Source: an uncultured Phycisphaerales bacterium (GTDB lineage Bacteria > Planctomycetota > Phycisphaerae > Tepidisphaerales > Tepidisphaeraceae). From it: a stretch of 64,000 nucleotides of DNA. Both the position numbers and the translations under genes were made by a program. Positions 20,179-30,333 of this stretch are shown in pieces (position 1 is the first letter of the stretch; every line of letters starts with the position of its first letter). A model generated the notes under the pieces. It was not told the origin of the DNA and searched no databases. It saw nothing but the letters and a program-made list of their open reading frames with translations. The stretch lies in NCBI GenBank assembly GCA_963758525.1, contig CAVWVQ010000003.1, forward strand, positions 736,001 to 800,000, written 5' to 3'.

Positions 20179-20874
20179 ATGGCGCACCGATTATTGATCA
20201 GCGGAGAGCGGCTGGCGTCTCTGCGGGCCGAGCGATATCTGACGCAGGAAGAACTCGCCGGACGGCTGGGGATGTCAACCGCCGGCGTGCGACGCCTCGA
20301 ACAGCTCCGCGCCGGCGGAATGCAGCTTCGCAACTTCCGCCGATTGGCGGCGCTGACGGAAGTGACGCCTGAACAGCTTCGTCAACGGATCTGCCTGCCC
20401 CTGCCGCACCCTCAACAGCCCGGATCGCTTGTGCACGGCCAGCCATCGGCGCTGCTGCCCGGCTCGGCGTCGGCCGTTGTCGAAATCGAACGTTTTCACG
20501 GCGTCTCCGCCGCGCGCAGCGAAGACCGCGCGGGCGTCGAGCGCGATCAGGTGCCTGTTCCCGCCGGCGCCGGCCGGCGCTTCTCGGTCGTGGTGGATGG
20601 CGACTGCATGGAGCCCAAGTACCGAAACGGCGACGTGGTGGTCTTTTCCATCGATGCCGCCGAGCGCGAAGGGATCGTCGACGGGCGCAACTACTTCATT
20701 CAATTCGCCGACGGCCAGAATACGTTCAAGCGGATCTTCCGCGAACCGTCGGACATCGAGTGGCTCGTGCTGCGCTGCTGGAACGCAAAATATCCCGACC
20801 GACGCGTCGAGCGGGCGTCGATACAGCTTCTCGCGCGGGCGGAATACCGGTTAGTGCCGGATGTGATGGACTAA
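20179..20874 (+). CDS. XRE-family HTH plus S24 peptidase (CI/LexA-like repressor)
   Basis: RLASLRAERYLTQEELAGRLGMSTAGVRRLE; VDGDCMEPKYRNGDVVV; NTFKRIF; LRCWNAKYP. Confidence 0.85.
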   Translation: MAHRLLISGERLASLRAERYLTQEELAGRLGMSTAGVRRLEQLRAGGMQLRNFRRLAALTEVTPEQLRQRICLPLPHPQQPGSLVHGQPSALLPGSASAVVEIERFHGVSAARSEDRAGVERDQVPVPAGAGRRFSVVVDGDCMEPKYRNGDVVVFSIDAAEREGIVDGRNYFIQFADGQNTFKRIFREPSDIEWLVLRCWNAKYPDRRVERASIQLLARAEYRLVPDVMD

Positions 20875-21192
20875 GGAGGGTCTAGGGTTCAGGGTCTGTG
20901 TGTGTGAGGATTCGTCGAGAGACCACGACCGGGAGCAAATGCGGGCAAGACAAAGAGAATTGCCACAAAAACACAAAAGCACAAAAAAAGTGTGGGGATC
21001 AGCAGGAGTGGTCCGTAAAGCTCACCAAAGCTCCCAACGCTGCGAGCGCAATCGTTCAGGCATTCGCTTCTTACGTACCCAATTGAAATACCGCTCAACG
21101 GAGTCCGGCGTCGCTCGGCTCCGCGCTGGCGCGACGCCCCGCGCTCCCCGCGATATCGGGCGTGGCGTGCTCAGCGTCACACCTTTTGGGAA

Positions 21193-21216
21193 AGCCCACG
21201 GATTGCCATCCGTGGG
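21193..21216. repeat. REP-like hairpin
   Basis: cccacggat-tgcc-atccgtggg perfect 9-bp stem downstream of a convergent gene. Confidence 0.6.
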
Positions 21217-21236
21217 ATCTGGACCGGGTCAATCGT

Positions 21237-22073
21237 TCAAGCTCCCAGCACCTGCAGCAGCTCTTTAATCTGCACCGTCTGCGGATCGTCCGGGTTCGTC
21301 TGCAGGTAGCGATCGAGCCAGATGGTGGCTGGTTCGGACAAACCGCAACGGGCGAGCACCAGCCCAAGATCGCGTTGCAGGTGGCTCTGCTCGGGCCAGA
21401 GGAGCATTTCCATTTCGAGAATCGCTGCCACGTCCGCGTACCGCGAGGCTTCGCCGAAGACGTTCAGGAGGTTCTGCAGCATCCGCGTCAGCCAGTGACG
21501 ATTTGACGCAGGGCGCAGATATTCGTCGGACCACTCCACCTCCGCGCCGAACATCTCCTGCACCCGTTCGTGGGCCTCCTCCGGCGTGACGACACGGCCG
21601 CCGGCGAATGGATCCACCAGCAATTGTGTGTCATCCACATCCAGGCCGACGAGAAAATGCCCCGGCAGCCCCACGCCGTAGGCGCGCAAACCCAATCGCT
21701 CGGCGATGGTTTTGTAGATCAGGCTGAGCGTGATCGGCAGGCCCTTTTTTCGGCTCAGCACCGCCGGCAGATAGCTGTTCAGAGGATTGTATTAATCTTC
21801 GTTGTCGCCGACAAAGCCTGCTTCATCGAAGAGAACTTCATGCAAATGTGCCAGGATCGCCTGCGGCTGACGGCCGCGGACGCGCGACCGTACAGTGTCT
21901 GCGTACCGCTGCAGGACGCAATCCACCGCCGACACATCGGCGTCTTCCAACTGATGCATCGCAATCGCGACGGCGCCGTGGACCAGCGCGTCGGAAGAAT
22001 TAATCACCGCAATCTGCTGGCGAAGAAGCCGAAAGGCACGCGTCGAACAGCAAAGGGGCAGGGTCGGATTCAT
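21237..22073 (-). CDS. SirB1/transglutaminase-like protein with C-terminal TPR (frameshift near 21790)
   Basis: LFDEAGFVGD, VLSRKKGLPITLSLIY, GVGLPGHFLV, VDPFAGG, RMLQNL, RDLGLVL. Confidence 0.88.
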
Positions 22074-22245
22074 AATACCTCCGCGTGGACGATCCCAAGA
22101 AACGTTATCGTCCACACACCGTCCTCCAATGCACATTCTATGCCGCGCCTCGGCGCGATTCGCTGACGCCCATGCGCCAGTACGAACGCGCATGCACGTT
22201 CATTTTAGGAAATTGCTGCCCGACGCAATACACTTTGCACGCCGC

Positions 22246-23565
22246 ATGACCGTCCAACCCGCACGCATCCCTCGCCCGATATTCCCCAGGCTGCTGTTCG
22301 CGTGCTGCGCGCTGATCTTCGCTTCGCCGGCGCACGGGCAATACGTCCTGCACGATGCAAAGAGCCCGTCGCGCTACGATCCGGGTTTTGAAGGAATTCC
22401 GTTTGTCTATTACGGGGATGACTTCAGATTCGCTGGCGGCCTCGCCGGCGGCGGGTCGGGATTGCTCCAGCCCCAGACCAACTATTTTGCAGCCGCCCTG
22501 GCGGGAGTGAACGGATCCTACGGCGGGCTCCTGGGGTTCAGCGACCTGCAGCTCAAGCCGCTCGATCGGCTATTCCTCGACTTTGACATCGCCTTCTTTC
22601 ACTTCACCGATCAGCAGACGTACATCCCGGGAAATCCCCGATTCCCGCGCCAGATCGCCGGCAGCAACCGCTCGTCGCCCGACAACTACATTCACAGCAA
22701 GGCGTACGACTTTTCCGCGGACGCCACGCTCAAATTTCTCCTCCCCATCGGGGGCGGACGGGACACCGTCATCAATCAATACGTTCTGGATAACGGCCTC
22801 TTTCAATCCGGCAGCACGGGCGGCAGCGGATGGGATCCGCTGCACTCTGGGCGCACCTCCTTGGAGCTCACGCCATTTGTTGAATACGACCGGCTGACCA
22901 ATGACCAGGGCGGCCAGGAATTGAACAGCGCCGGCCTGCGGCTTGGCGTTGAATACGACAACACCGACTTTCCCCTCAATCCAACCCGCGGGAACCACAC
23001 GCATTTCCTCGCCAGCCGCAACCTCGGAATTCTCGGAGGCGGGCAACCCTGGTCCACTCTCGAGGCTGGGTTTTCCGCGTATCTGCCGCTGGGCAGATCG
23101 GAATGGTTCAAGCAGCAAGTCCTGGCGCTCAACGCCTGGACGTCATACGCCCCAACGTGGCACTCCAGCAGCACTGCCGCTGACCCTTCTCCCACCGGCG
23201 CGCCGCCCTATTATGAAGGGGCGACCCTGGGCGGAATGGATCGCCTTCGCGGCTTTGACCAGTTCCGCTTTCGCGATCGAGCCGCCATCTATGGCGCGAT
23301 GGAATTGCGGCTGATACCCCGCTGGAATCCGTTCGCGGGCATCGATCTGTTCAAATCATCCGATGTCGCGTGGATGCAGTGGGTGTTCTTTGCCGAATGC
23401 GGGCGGGTCGCCAGCGAATATGTGACAACCGATCTGTTCACGCAGTTGAAATTCGACAGCGGCGTCGGCTTGCGCGTTCTGGCAAAGGACCAGCTCGTGC
23501 GGTTTGATCTGGCGTTCTCAGAAGACGGCGTCTTCTTCTGGGCCATGCTGGATCAGACGTTTTGA
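22246..23565 (+). CDS. BamA/TamA (Omp85 surface antigen) family outer-membrane protein
   Basis: Signal peptide, YDNTDFPLNPTRG, LGGMDRLRGFDQFRF, GVGLR...VRFDLA, terminal Phe. Confidence 0.85.
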   Translation: MTVQPARIPRPIFPRLLFACCALIFASPAHGQYVLHDAKSPSRYDPGFEGIPFVYYGDDFRFAGGLAGGGSGLLQPQTNYFAAALAGVNGSYGGLLGFSDLQLKPLDRLFLDFDIAFFHFTDQQTYIPGNPRFPRQIAGSNRSSPDNYIHSKAYDFSADATLKFLLPIGGGRDTVINQYVLDNGLFQSGSTGGSGWDPLHSGRTSLELTPFVEYDRLTNDQGGQELNSAGLRLGVEYDNTDFPLNPTRGNHTHFLASRNLGILGGGQPWSTLEAGFSAYLPLGRSEWFKQQVLALNAWTSYAPTWHSSSTAADPSPTGAPPYYEGATLGGMDRLRGFDQFRFRDRAAIYGAMELRLIPRWNPFAGIDLFKSSDVAWMQWVFFAECGRVASEYVTTDLFTQLKFDSGVGLRVLAKDQLVRFDLAFSEDGVFFWAMLDQTF

Positions 23566-23611
23566 GGAAGAGCAGCAAATTTCTGATAACTCGGATCGCG
23601 GATTAACCAAC

Positions 23612-24847
23612 ATGCGTCAAACAACCATTGCCTGCTTTGTCATATCCTTCGTCTTCCCGGCATTTGCTTTCGCGGGCGATGCGCCCCCGGAAATTCATTG
23701 GAAGAAGATGACGCTTGCCGACGGCTTTTACAGTGAGGGGGCTGCCTTTGGTGATTTCAATCACGACGGGAAGCAGGACGTCGTGGCCGGCGGCGTGTGG
23801 TATGAAGGACCCGACTTCACGACCAGGCATACGTTTGCCGCCTTTCCCAAAACCGATCCGCACGGTTACTCCAAACAATTTCTCACGTTCACCCACTCGT
23901 TCAAAAGCGACGGCTGGGACGACATCATCGTCGTCAGTTTCCCCGGGACGGACACGTCCTGGTACGAGAACCCTCGCAAAAATGAAGAGGCCGTCTGGAA
24001 AAAGCACACGGTCTTTGCAGAAACCGACAACGAATCGCCGACGTTTTGCGATTTGTTCAAGAACGGCAAACCCGTTCTTGTCTGCGGATCGGAAGGAACC
24101 AACAAGCAAGGGGGACGCGTGGGATATGCTCAGCCGGACGAAAACGATCCGACCAAGCCGTGGACGTTTCACGCGGTCTCGCCCCGGAGCAAACGCTACT
24201 TCAAATTTCTGCACGGCATTGGCGTGGGTGACGTCAACGGCGACGGACGCAACGACATCCTGATTGCTGACGGATGGTTCGAGCAGCCGGCTGAACTCAC
24301 TGGCGATGCGGAGTGGAAGTTTCACCCCGCCAAGTTTTTCGACAAGGGCCTTGGCGACGGCTGCGCTCAGATGTTCGCCTATGACGTGAACGGCGACGGC
24401 CGCAATGACGTCATCTGCAGCCTGCAGGCGCACGGGTACGGGCTGGCATGGTTCGAGCAAAAGCCGGACGGCTCATTCGAGAAGCATGTGATCATCGGCA
24501 GCAAGAAAACCGACAGCCCGCAAGGCGTCGTCTTCTCCCAACTTCACGCCCTCGAGATGATCGACATCAACGGCGACGGCCTTCCCGATCTGGTTACCGG
24601 AAAACGCTGGTGGGCTCACGGCCCCACGGGCGATGCCGAACCCGCTGCCGCGCCGGTTCTCTACTGGTTTGAGCTTGTCCGCCATCCCGACAAGACTGCC
24701 GAGTTTGTCCCCCACCTGATCGACGACAACTCCGGCATCGGCACGCAAGTCACAGCCCGGGACATCAACAACGACCATCACCCCGCCATCCTCGTCGGCA
24801 ACAAACGCGGCACGTTTCTATTCTTACAGCAGCCCGCCAGCAAGTAA
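23612..24847 (+). CDS. Secreted FG-GAP/VCBS repeat protein
   Basis: Signal peptide; repeated GDFNHDGKQDV, GDVNGDGRNDI, DVNGDGRNDV, DINGDGLPDL. Confidence 0.9.
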   Translation: MRQTTIACFVISFVFPAFAFAGDAPPEIHWKKMTLADGFYSEGAAFGDFNHDGKQDVVAGGVWYEGPDFTTRHTFAAFPKTDPHGYSKQFLTFTHSFKSDGWDDIIVVSFPGTDTSWYENPRKNEEAVWKKHTVFAETDNESPTFCDLFKNGKPVLVCGSEGTNKQGGRVGYAQPDENDPTKPWTFHAVSPRSKRYFKFLHGIGVGDVNGDGRNDILIADGWFEQPAELTGDAEWKFHPAKFFDKGLGDGCAQMFAYDVNGDGRNDVICSLQAHGYGLAWFEQKPDGSFEKHVIIGSKKTDSPQGVVFSQLHALEMIDINGDGLPDLVTGKRWWAHGPTGDAEPAAAPVLYWFELVRHPDKTAEFVPHLIDDNSGIGTQVTARDINNDHHPAILVGNKRGTFLFLQQPASK

Positions 24848-24924
24848 TCGCAAGAACGCTCCGAATCGACCGATGAGGCGGTGAACCCCGATGCATCAAA
24901 CCATTGCGGGTCTCACCGCTCTAT

Positions 24925-25007
24925 TGGGCGCGGAAGGATTCGAACCTTCGAAGGCATAAGCCATCAGATTTACAGTCTGACCCCGTTGGCCACTTGGGTA
25001 CACGCCC
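24925..25007 (-). tRNA. tRNA-Tyr(GTA)
   Basis: gggcgtg-ta-cccaagtggccaacggg-g-tcaga-ctGTAaa-tctga, long variable arm, gaagg-ttcgaat-ccttc-cgcgccc-a; CCA not encoded. Confidence 0.97.
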
Positions 25008-25173
25008 GGAATACACCGGCTAAGCCAATCTCCACTGCCGCCAGTATAAAGGGCAGTCGCGGGTTGGGCAATTGAGCGGAAGCCAACAGGTTCTCGTCAG
25101 TCCTCGTCCGTTCTCGTCCACCGATCAGGAGCCCGCGCTGAAGTCTCTAACACCCCTGAACTGCGCCCTCCGT

Positions 25174-26805
25174 TCAATTCATCACCAGCACCGTGTACTC
25201 ATAATGGAGCGTCTTTTCCTCGCCAGCCTTGAGCGGCAGGGTCCACGTCAGCTCATTGCGACGGTTGACGCTGTAGACGCCTTCTTCGCGGAGCGTGAGT
25301 TGGGGGCTGCCATCGGACTTGGTCAGCTCTCCTGAGAACTGACGGTGGATCACCAGGTGAATCTCCTGATCGCGGTGATTGCTGATGGTCAGGTCGCCGC
25401 TGACGCTGACTCTCCGGTATTCGCGCCCGCCGATGTTCTCGAGCTGGCGTTCGCTGTTCGGTGTCTCGTGCTCGATGGCGCGGGTTCGAACAGAAAGGGC
25501 TTTGGTGATCTGGAGCGTGGTCTCTTCGCCGCTGTTGACCCAGTAGCTGAGCCGCTGGCCCGCGAAATGGCCGTGGTCCTCGATCATCGCGGGGGCGGTC
25601 GTCATTGGAAACGCCAGGGGATTCTTGAACTTGACGGCATCCCATGGCTGATCCTGGTCATTCTCCGCAGTGCGCCGGCCGTACTGCTCGCGATCGCGGA
25701 AACGCCCCTCTTCGTCGCGCGTGTCGGGAACGATCCACTCGACGATCCGCTCGTACGTCGCCGGAGCTGTGCCGACGGAAACCATCAGCGAGTCTCCCTC
25801 CTCCATGGTGCGTTTGCCGATGGATTGGTAATGCAGGTCGACCCCCTCGCCGGACGGCGGCGCGGCAAGATCGACGCCGCCCGCATCAGCGCCCGATGGC
25901 GGCGCCGCGTTCTGTGCCACAATATTGCCAGCCGCCGACGCATACTCGGCAGGATCCCGGTTGATCTGATTGAAGAATTCGGTCCAATTCTGCGAGAGCG
26001 CCAGCGGGCTGACAACATGTGAGAACTGCACGCTCGGGTAGCCGCTGATGAGCGTCATCTCGGCGTCTTTCATATCGGCCAGCTCGTTTTTCACCACGGC
26101 CTGCTGCTCGACGGTGAGGCTCTTGTCGTCGACAAGATTCACGCGATAGCTCGGCGCCCAGGCAATTCCCCTGGTGAGGTAGCTGACGTGAATGCTCCCC
26201 TTCTTGTCGCCGTGCGGCGTCAGCAGCAGCGTCGGAACGCGCTGGCGGGTGGTGGGTTTGGCATCATCACATTCCAGGAAAGCGATCTCGGAAGGATCCA
26301 CGAACGTCCGGCCACGCCCGCTCTCCAGCACCAGGAAATTCGACGAGCCGCCTGCCGGAGGTGGCTCTCCGCCGTAGTAATAGCGATCGGAGGGACGCTC
26401 GTAGGTTCGGCTCCATGCTGCGTCTCCGGACGGTTTTTCCAAGGCAAGGACTTTCCCGCTCGCCGCGGGAATGCCGCCCTGCTTGAAGTGAATCGTAACG
26501 GCCCGGCCGACAAGTTCCTGCTGCAAATCGATGGTAGGGCGCTGCGGCGCGTCGACCTCCCGCATCGTCACCTGCGCATCGACCGCGATGTCTCCCTCTA
26601 TCCAGAAGGTGCCGTGCACCGGAGCTGGCACATCATCGATCCGATAGACGCCCGGCCCCGCGATCTCGGCGCTGCGCCTTACCGCCGCCAGTCCGTTCTT
26701 GAACAGCGCGATCGATTCGATCGGGCTGCTCAGCGGGATCTCTTCCGCATAAACATCCGTCGCCGCCAACAGAGCAGCCGCGATAGTGAGGCACACGTAG
26801 CGCAT
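25174..26805 (-). CDS. DUF4139-like secreted protein
   Basis: Signal peptide; IESIALFKNGLAAVRR, SYLTRGIAWAPSYRV, LTWTLPLKAGEEKTLHYEY. Confidence 0.8.
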   Translation of the reverse strand: MRYVCLTIAAALLAATDVYAEEIPLSSPIESIALFKNGLAAVRRSAEIAGPGVYRIDDVPAPVHGTFWIEGDIAVDAQVTMREVDAPQRPTIDLQQELVGRAVTIHFKQGGIPAASGKVLALEKPSGDAAWSRTYERPSDRYYYGGEPPPAGGSSNFLVLESGRGRTFVDPSEIAFLECDDAKPTTRQRVPTLLLTPHGDKKGSIHVSYLTRGIAWAPSYRVNLVDDKSLTVEQQAVVKNELADMKDAEMTLISGYPSVQFSHVVSPLALSQNWTEFFNQINRDPAEYASAAGNIVAQNAAPPSGADAGGVDLAAPPSGEGVDLHYQSIGKRTMEEGDSLMVSVGTAPATYERIVEWIVPDTRDEEGRFRDREQYGRRTAENDQDQPWDAVKFKNPLAFPMTTAPAMIEDHGHFAGQRLSYWVNSGEETTLQITKALSVRTRAIEHETPNSERQLENIGGREYRRVSVSGDLTISNHRDQEIHLVIHRQFSGELTKSDGSPQLTLREEGVYSVNRRNELTWTLPLKAGEEKTLHYEYTVLVMN

Positions 26806-27242
26806 GGGATTCCTTCCGCCAGGAGAAAACGAGTTGACTCGGGAATGAAACGAGCGGCGGATCGAAAAGTTGCAACGGAAGATGCCGCTTTCCTCATGAA
26901 CGTCTTCCTCGAACTCAAGCCGCCGCGATTCGCCGAGGGTCGTTCGTCTCCGCTTCGCGTCGTCGCAGACCGGGCGCAGAGCCGCACAGCCGTCTGTCGT
27001 CCAATCGCGCAGGACCTGAGATCCAAGCGAGTGCATTCCCAATGGCTCCAGATCACGTGGTAGAGATGAAATTGCGCGCCGCCGACAGCAAAAGGATCAA
27101 AGGCCCACTGACTGCGATCCGTTGCTTTCCGGATTGGATTCCCCCGGCTTGCTCGCGGCCTTCGACATCGCTAAGATTCTCCGCCTTGCTGGCTGACGTC
27201 TCGGCGATTTGTCGGGACGCACGTCCGGCTCAGGAGTGTTCC

Positions 27243-27482
27243 GTGAAAACCAAAATTCATCCGCGTTATCAGACCTGCAACGTTCACTGCGCATGCGGCA
27301 ATACCTTCGTCACCCGCAGCACACTGCCGAAAATTACCGTCGATATCTGCAGCGCTTGCCATCCGTTCTTCACCGGCAAACAGAAGTTTGTCGACACCGC
27401 CGGTCGCGTTGAGCGCTTCAGCAAGAAGTTCGGCGGAACCTACAGCTTCCAGAAAACCGCCCCGGTCCCCGCGAAGAAATAA
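27243..27482 (+). CDS. rpmE: 50S ribosomal protein L31 (Zn-binding type)
   Basis: GTG start after AGGAG; KIHPRY...CACGNTF...[26 protein letters not shown]. Confidence 0.97.
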   Translation: MKTKIHPRYQTCNVHCACGNTFVTRSTLPKITVDICSACHPFFTGKQKFVDTAGRVERFSKKFGGTYSFQKTAPVPAKK

Positions 27483-27501
27483 CCGATTTTCCCGGACCGG
27501 T

Positions 27502-27565
27502 GTAGCCGCCGAGCTTGCACGCGAGGTTTGTCCCCTCGAAAGTCGCGAGCAAGCTCGGCGGCTGC
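27502..27565. repeat. GTAG-type REP doublet
   Basis: gtagccgccgagcttgc ... gcaagctcggcggctgc. Confidence 0.75.
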
Positions 27566-27735
27566 GCGCGAAGAGCTAGGCGCTGCATCTTGAAAAGACG
27601 GGCATCCCGATTGGGGGGCGTCACAAATCGCGCAAACTTCGCGCTTTCTCCCGGCGTGTTACTTTTCCCGTCAATTCATTTGACGCGGGGTGGGCTTTCT
27701 GCACGATTCACCCGATAGACAGCTTTGGAGCCGAG

Positions 27736-28380
27736 ATGGGTCTGAGCCGCAACACAATCTGGACGGTCCGCGCCGTGGCGACTCTCGCCGCCGCGCTGGT
27801 TTCGTTTGGCTGCCAATCCGGTTCGGTTTCCACCGCAAAATTAGTAGCAAACCAGTCCCGTGTCGACTTCAACGGGCTGGAGAGCACCCACCTTCTCGTC
27901 GACGTCAGCGCGGCCGGGGCGGCGACGCGCGCCTGGACACATCGCCCCCCCGAAAGCAGCGCCCTTTATTCCCACGAACAGTGGCGATCGCCAACCGGCA
28001 TTACCGGCGTCGGAATTGTTTATCTGCATCTGCCACTCCCGGTCGGTCCCTCGGCCGTCCTCTGGCTGGCCGAACAACACTTCGCATCGATCCCCGGCGG
28101 AAAAGGGCATGTGCTCGGCGAATGGACCGACCTTCTGGGACGATCCTGGTTCATGGCCCAAAGCACCAGACTTCATGTCTCCGGATACATCATGACGGAG
28201 GGCTATTGTGCGTGGATCGTCTATTTCGCATATAAGTCGGACGGCCAGTTCCATCCGGCCGAGCTGAGTCTGGCCGCGCGATCGGTGGAGTCGTTCGTTC
28301 CGCTGACCGAGGTGCACGAACCGGCCGGTCCGAACGTGGCCGACGCAACCCGCCAGCAGCACCTGGCCGCCACGGAGTGA
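27736..28380 (+). CDS. Putative lipoprotein
   Basis: Lipobox-like AALVSFGC; GGAG RBS. Confidence 0.7.
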   Translation: MGLSRNTIWTVRAVATLAAALVSFGCQSGSVSTAKLVANQSRVDFNGLESTHLLVDVSAAGAATRAWTHRPPESSALYSHEQWRSPTGITGVGIVYLHLPLPVGPSAVLWLAEQHFASIPGGKGHVLGEWTDLLGRSWFMAQSTRLHVSGYIMTEGYCAWIVYFAYKSDGQFHPAELSLAARSVESFVPLTEVHEPAGPNVADATRQQHLAATE

Positions 28381-28386
28381 GTCGGC

Positions 28387-29199
28387 ATGAAGCCTCGCAC
28401 GCTGATCCTTCGCACCGCCGGCACCAACTGCGATCTGGAAACCGCTCACGCCTTCGATCTGGCCGGCGCCGAGTCGCATCGGATTCACGTCAACCGCCTG
28501 CTGCACCACGCCCTCCGGCTCGACGACTACCAGATCCTCGCGTTCCCCGGCGGCTTCAGCTACGGCGACGACATCGCCGCCGGCAAAATCCTCGCCAATC
28601 AGCTTCAACACCACCTGCGCGACGCCCTGCGAGACTTCGTCGCTTCCGGCCGACCCGTCATCGGCATCTGCAACGGCTTTCAAGTGCTGGTGAAAACCGA
28701 ACTGCTGCCCGGCCCCTTAGCCGACCGCACCGGCCAGACCTGCACGTTGACGAACAATACGTCCGGCCGATTTATCGACCGCTGGATCCGCCTCGCCCCA
28801 CTCGGCGGCCGCTGCATCTGGACCAAAAATCTTTCAGTCGACGCGACTGGAGCGATCGAACTTCCCATCGCCCATGGCGAAGGAAGATTCGTCCCCGCGA
28901 CCGAGCAGGTTCGCCAAGCCCTTTGGGACAACGGCCAAGTCGCCCTGACCTACGTCAATGATGCGGGCTCCCCCGCCAGCGGCCAATTCCCCGACAACCC
29001 CAACGGCAGCACCGACGACATCGCCGGCGTCTGCGACGCCTCCGGCCTGGTCTTTGGTCTCATGCCGCATCCGGAGCGTTTCGTGGATGCCACGCAACAC
29101 CCCGCCTGGAAAACCCGCCCCATCCAGGAAGGCGCCGGCCTGCAGGTCTTCCGCAATGCGGTGAGCTATGTGAAAGACGCCGTTGGGGCGGGGGTCTGA
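28387..29199 (+). CDS. purQ: Phosphoribosylformylglycinamidine synthase I
   Basis: GTNCD, PGGFSYGD, GICNGFQ, PIAHGEGRF, NPNGS, GLMPHPER. Confidence 0.96.
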   Translation: MKPRTLILRTAGTNCDLETAHAFDLAGAESHRIHVNRLLHHALRLDDYQILAFPGGFSYGDDIAAGKILANQLQHHLRDALRDFVASGRPVIGICNGFQVLVKTELLPGPLADRTGQTCTLTNNTSGRFIDRWIRLAPLGGRCIWTKNLSVDATGAIELPIAHGEGRFVPATEQVRQALWDNGQVALTYVNDAGSPASGQFPDNPNGSTDDIAGVCDASGLVFGLMPHPERFVDATQHPAWKTRPIQEGAGLQVFRNAVSYVKDAVGAGV

Positions 29200-29290
29200 A
29201 TCAGGCTCCCTTGACTTAGCTCAGGAAGCCGATACTTTTTGACCCGCGCTATGGCGGAAATCGGTTAGAATTAGCGAGGTTGCTTCTCTT

Positions 29291-29369
29291 TCGGCAGTAG
29301 CTCAATGGCAGAGTCCCCGGTTCACCGGGATTAACCGACTTGTTGTAGGTTCGAGTCCTACCTGCCGAA
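29291..29369 (+). pseudogene. tRNA-Asn-derived copy with remodelled anticodon arm
   Basis: Acceptor and T arms identical to 29400-29471; CAGTCGGCTG replaced by TCCCCGGTTCACCGGGA. Confidence 0.75.
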
Positions 29370-29399
29370 ATAAGAGTTAAGGTGCCGCAAGTAGTTTTT

Positions 29400-29471
29400 T
29401 CGGCAGTAGCTCAATGGTAGAGCAGTCGGCTGTTAACCGACTGGTTGTAGGTTCGAGTCCTACCTGCCGAG
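29400..29471 (+). tRNA. tRNA-Asn(GTT)
   Basis: tcggcag-ta-gctc-aatggta-gagc-a-gtcgg-ctGTTaa-ccgac-tggtt-gtagg-ttcgagt-cctac-ctgccga-g; U1-A72 pair. Confidence 0.97.
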
Positions 29472-29582
29472 TTTTTACGCCCCATCCCATCCGGATGGGT
29501 TTTCTGAAGCCGGCCGGCGTTCGCCTGGAGCCAAGCCTGCTCAAAGCCGGATACGGTGGTCCCTCACCGCAAGCCCGATCGC

Positions 29583-29975
29583 CTACCGCAACGCGACCGA
29601 ATCCGGGTCCGTCTCGCGCTCGATGCACTCCACAAGCTCCTCGAATTGAATGGACTTGGGCAGGTACCGCCGTTGGCTGACGCCGAACGACGGCTCGCAT
29701 GACTCCTGCCTGGTGACCAGGGCGGTGAGATAAAGCACGGGGATATGCTGAAGCCCCGGGTCCGCCTGCAGTTCTGCCGCCAGTTCGCTGCCGTCGATTT
29801 CGGGCATCATCACGTCCATGAGAACCAGGTGAGGGTCGAATTCCCGGATCGCTTCGATCGCTTTCCGAGAGTCGTTCACCTCGCGTACGGTGTACCCCGG
29901 CGTCGCTTCCAACAGCAGCCGAAGACTCCATGTGAAGTCTGGTTCGTCATCCACCACCATGATTCGCTTCTTCAT
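29583..29975 (-). CDS. Single-domain response regulator
   Basis: RIMVVDDE, LMDVMMPEIDG, YLTA, YLPKS. Confidence 0.9.
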   Translation of the reverse strand: MKKRIMVVDDEPDFTWSLRLLLEATPGYTVREVNDSRKAIEAIREFDPHLVLMDVMMPEIDGSELAAELQADPGLQHIPVLYLTALVTRQESCEPSFGVSQRRYLPKSIQFEELVECIERETDPDSVALR

Positions 29976-30333
29976 AGACGGCCTTGATCGCGTCGTGAAA
30001 AATCCTTCCGCATGCCCGAACGAACAAGATGTGCAGCCGAGCTGAAGCTTACGAGCCTGCCCGCGCAGCCGCAAGAAAAATCGGCTCCGAACACGAGGGC
30101 GCTGGACGTCTCCATGAGTCGCGAATCCGGATGCGCATTCTGTGCTGCCCCCCTTCGCCTGTCGCCAGCGAAGCAAAGTTTGGAAAGGCGGCCTCAAAAA
30201 CATACGCTATCGTCGATGTGAAGGGGCTGAGGCGATGACGCTTCAGCCAGAGCGCGGGGAACACAATTCGGAAAGGCCTGCTCTCATCTCTGGCGCCAGG
30301 GGCCGTCCGTATATCGCCGATCGGAGCAGATTC

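Noticed and set aside
20107..20874. Prophage
   Set aside because: Only a repressor-like gene; no integrase, replication or structural genes nearby.
7524..20874. ImmA/ImmR-style pair formed by the HExxH protein and the XRE repressor
   Set aside because: They are 12 kb apart with housekeeping genes between, and the repressor has its own S24 domain.
29314..29330. Selenocysteine or opal-suppressor tRNA (UCA in the new loop)
   Set aside because: The loop is 4 nt, no 7-nt anticodon loop with a good stem can be drawn, and the acceptor and D arms are Asn-type, not SelC-type.
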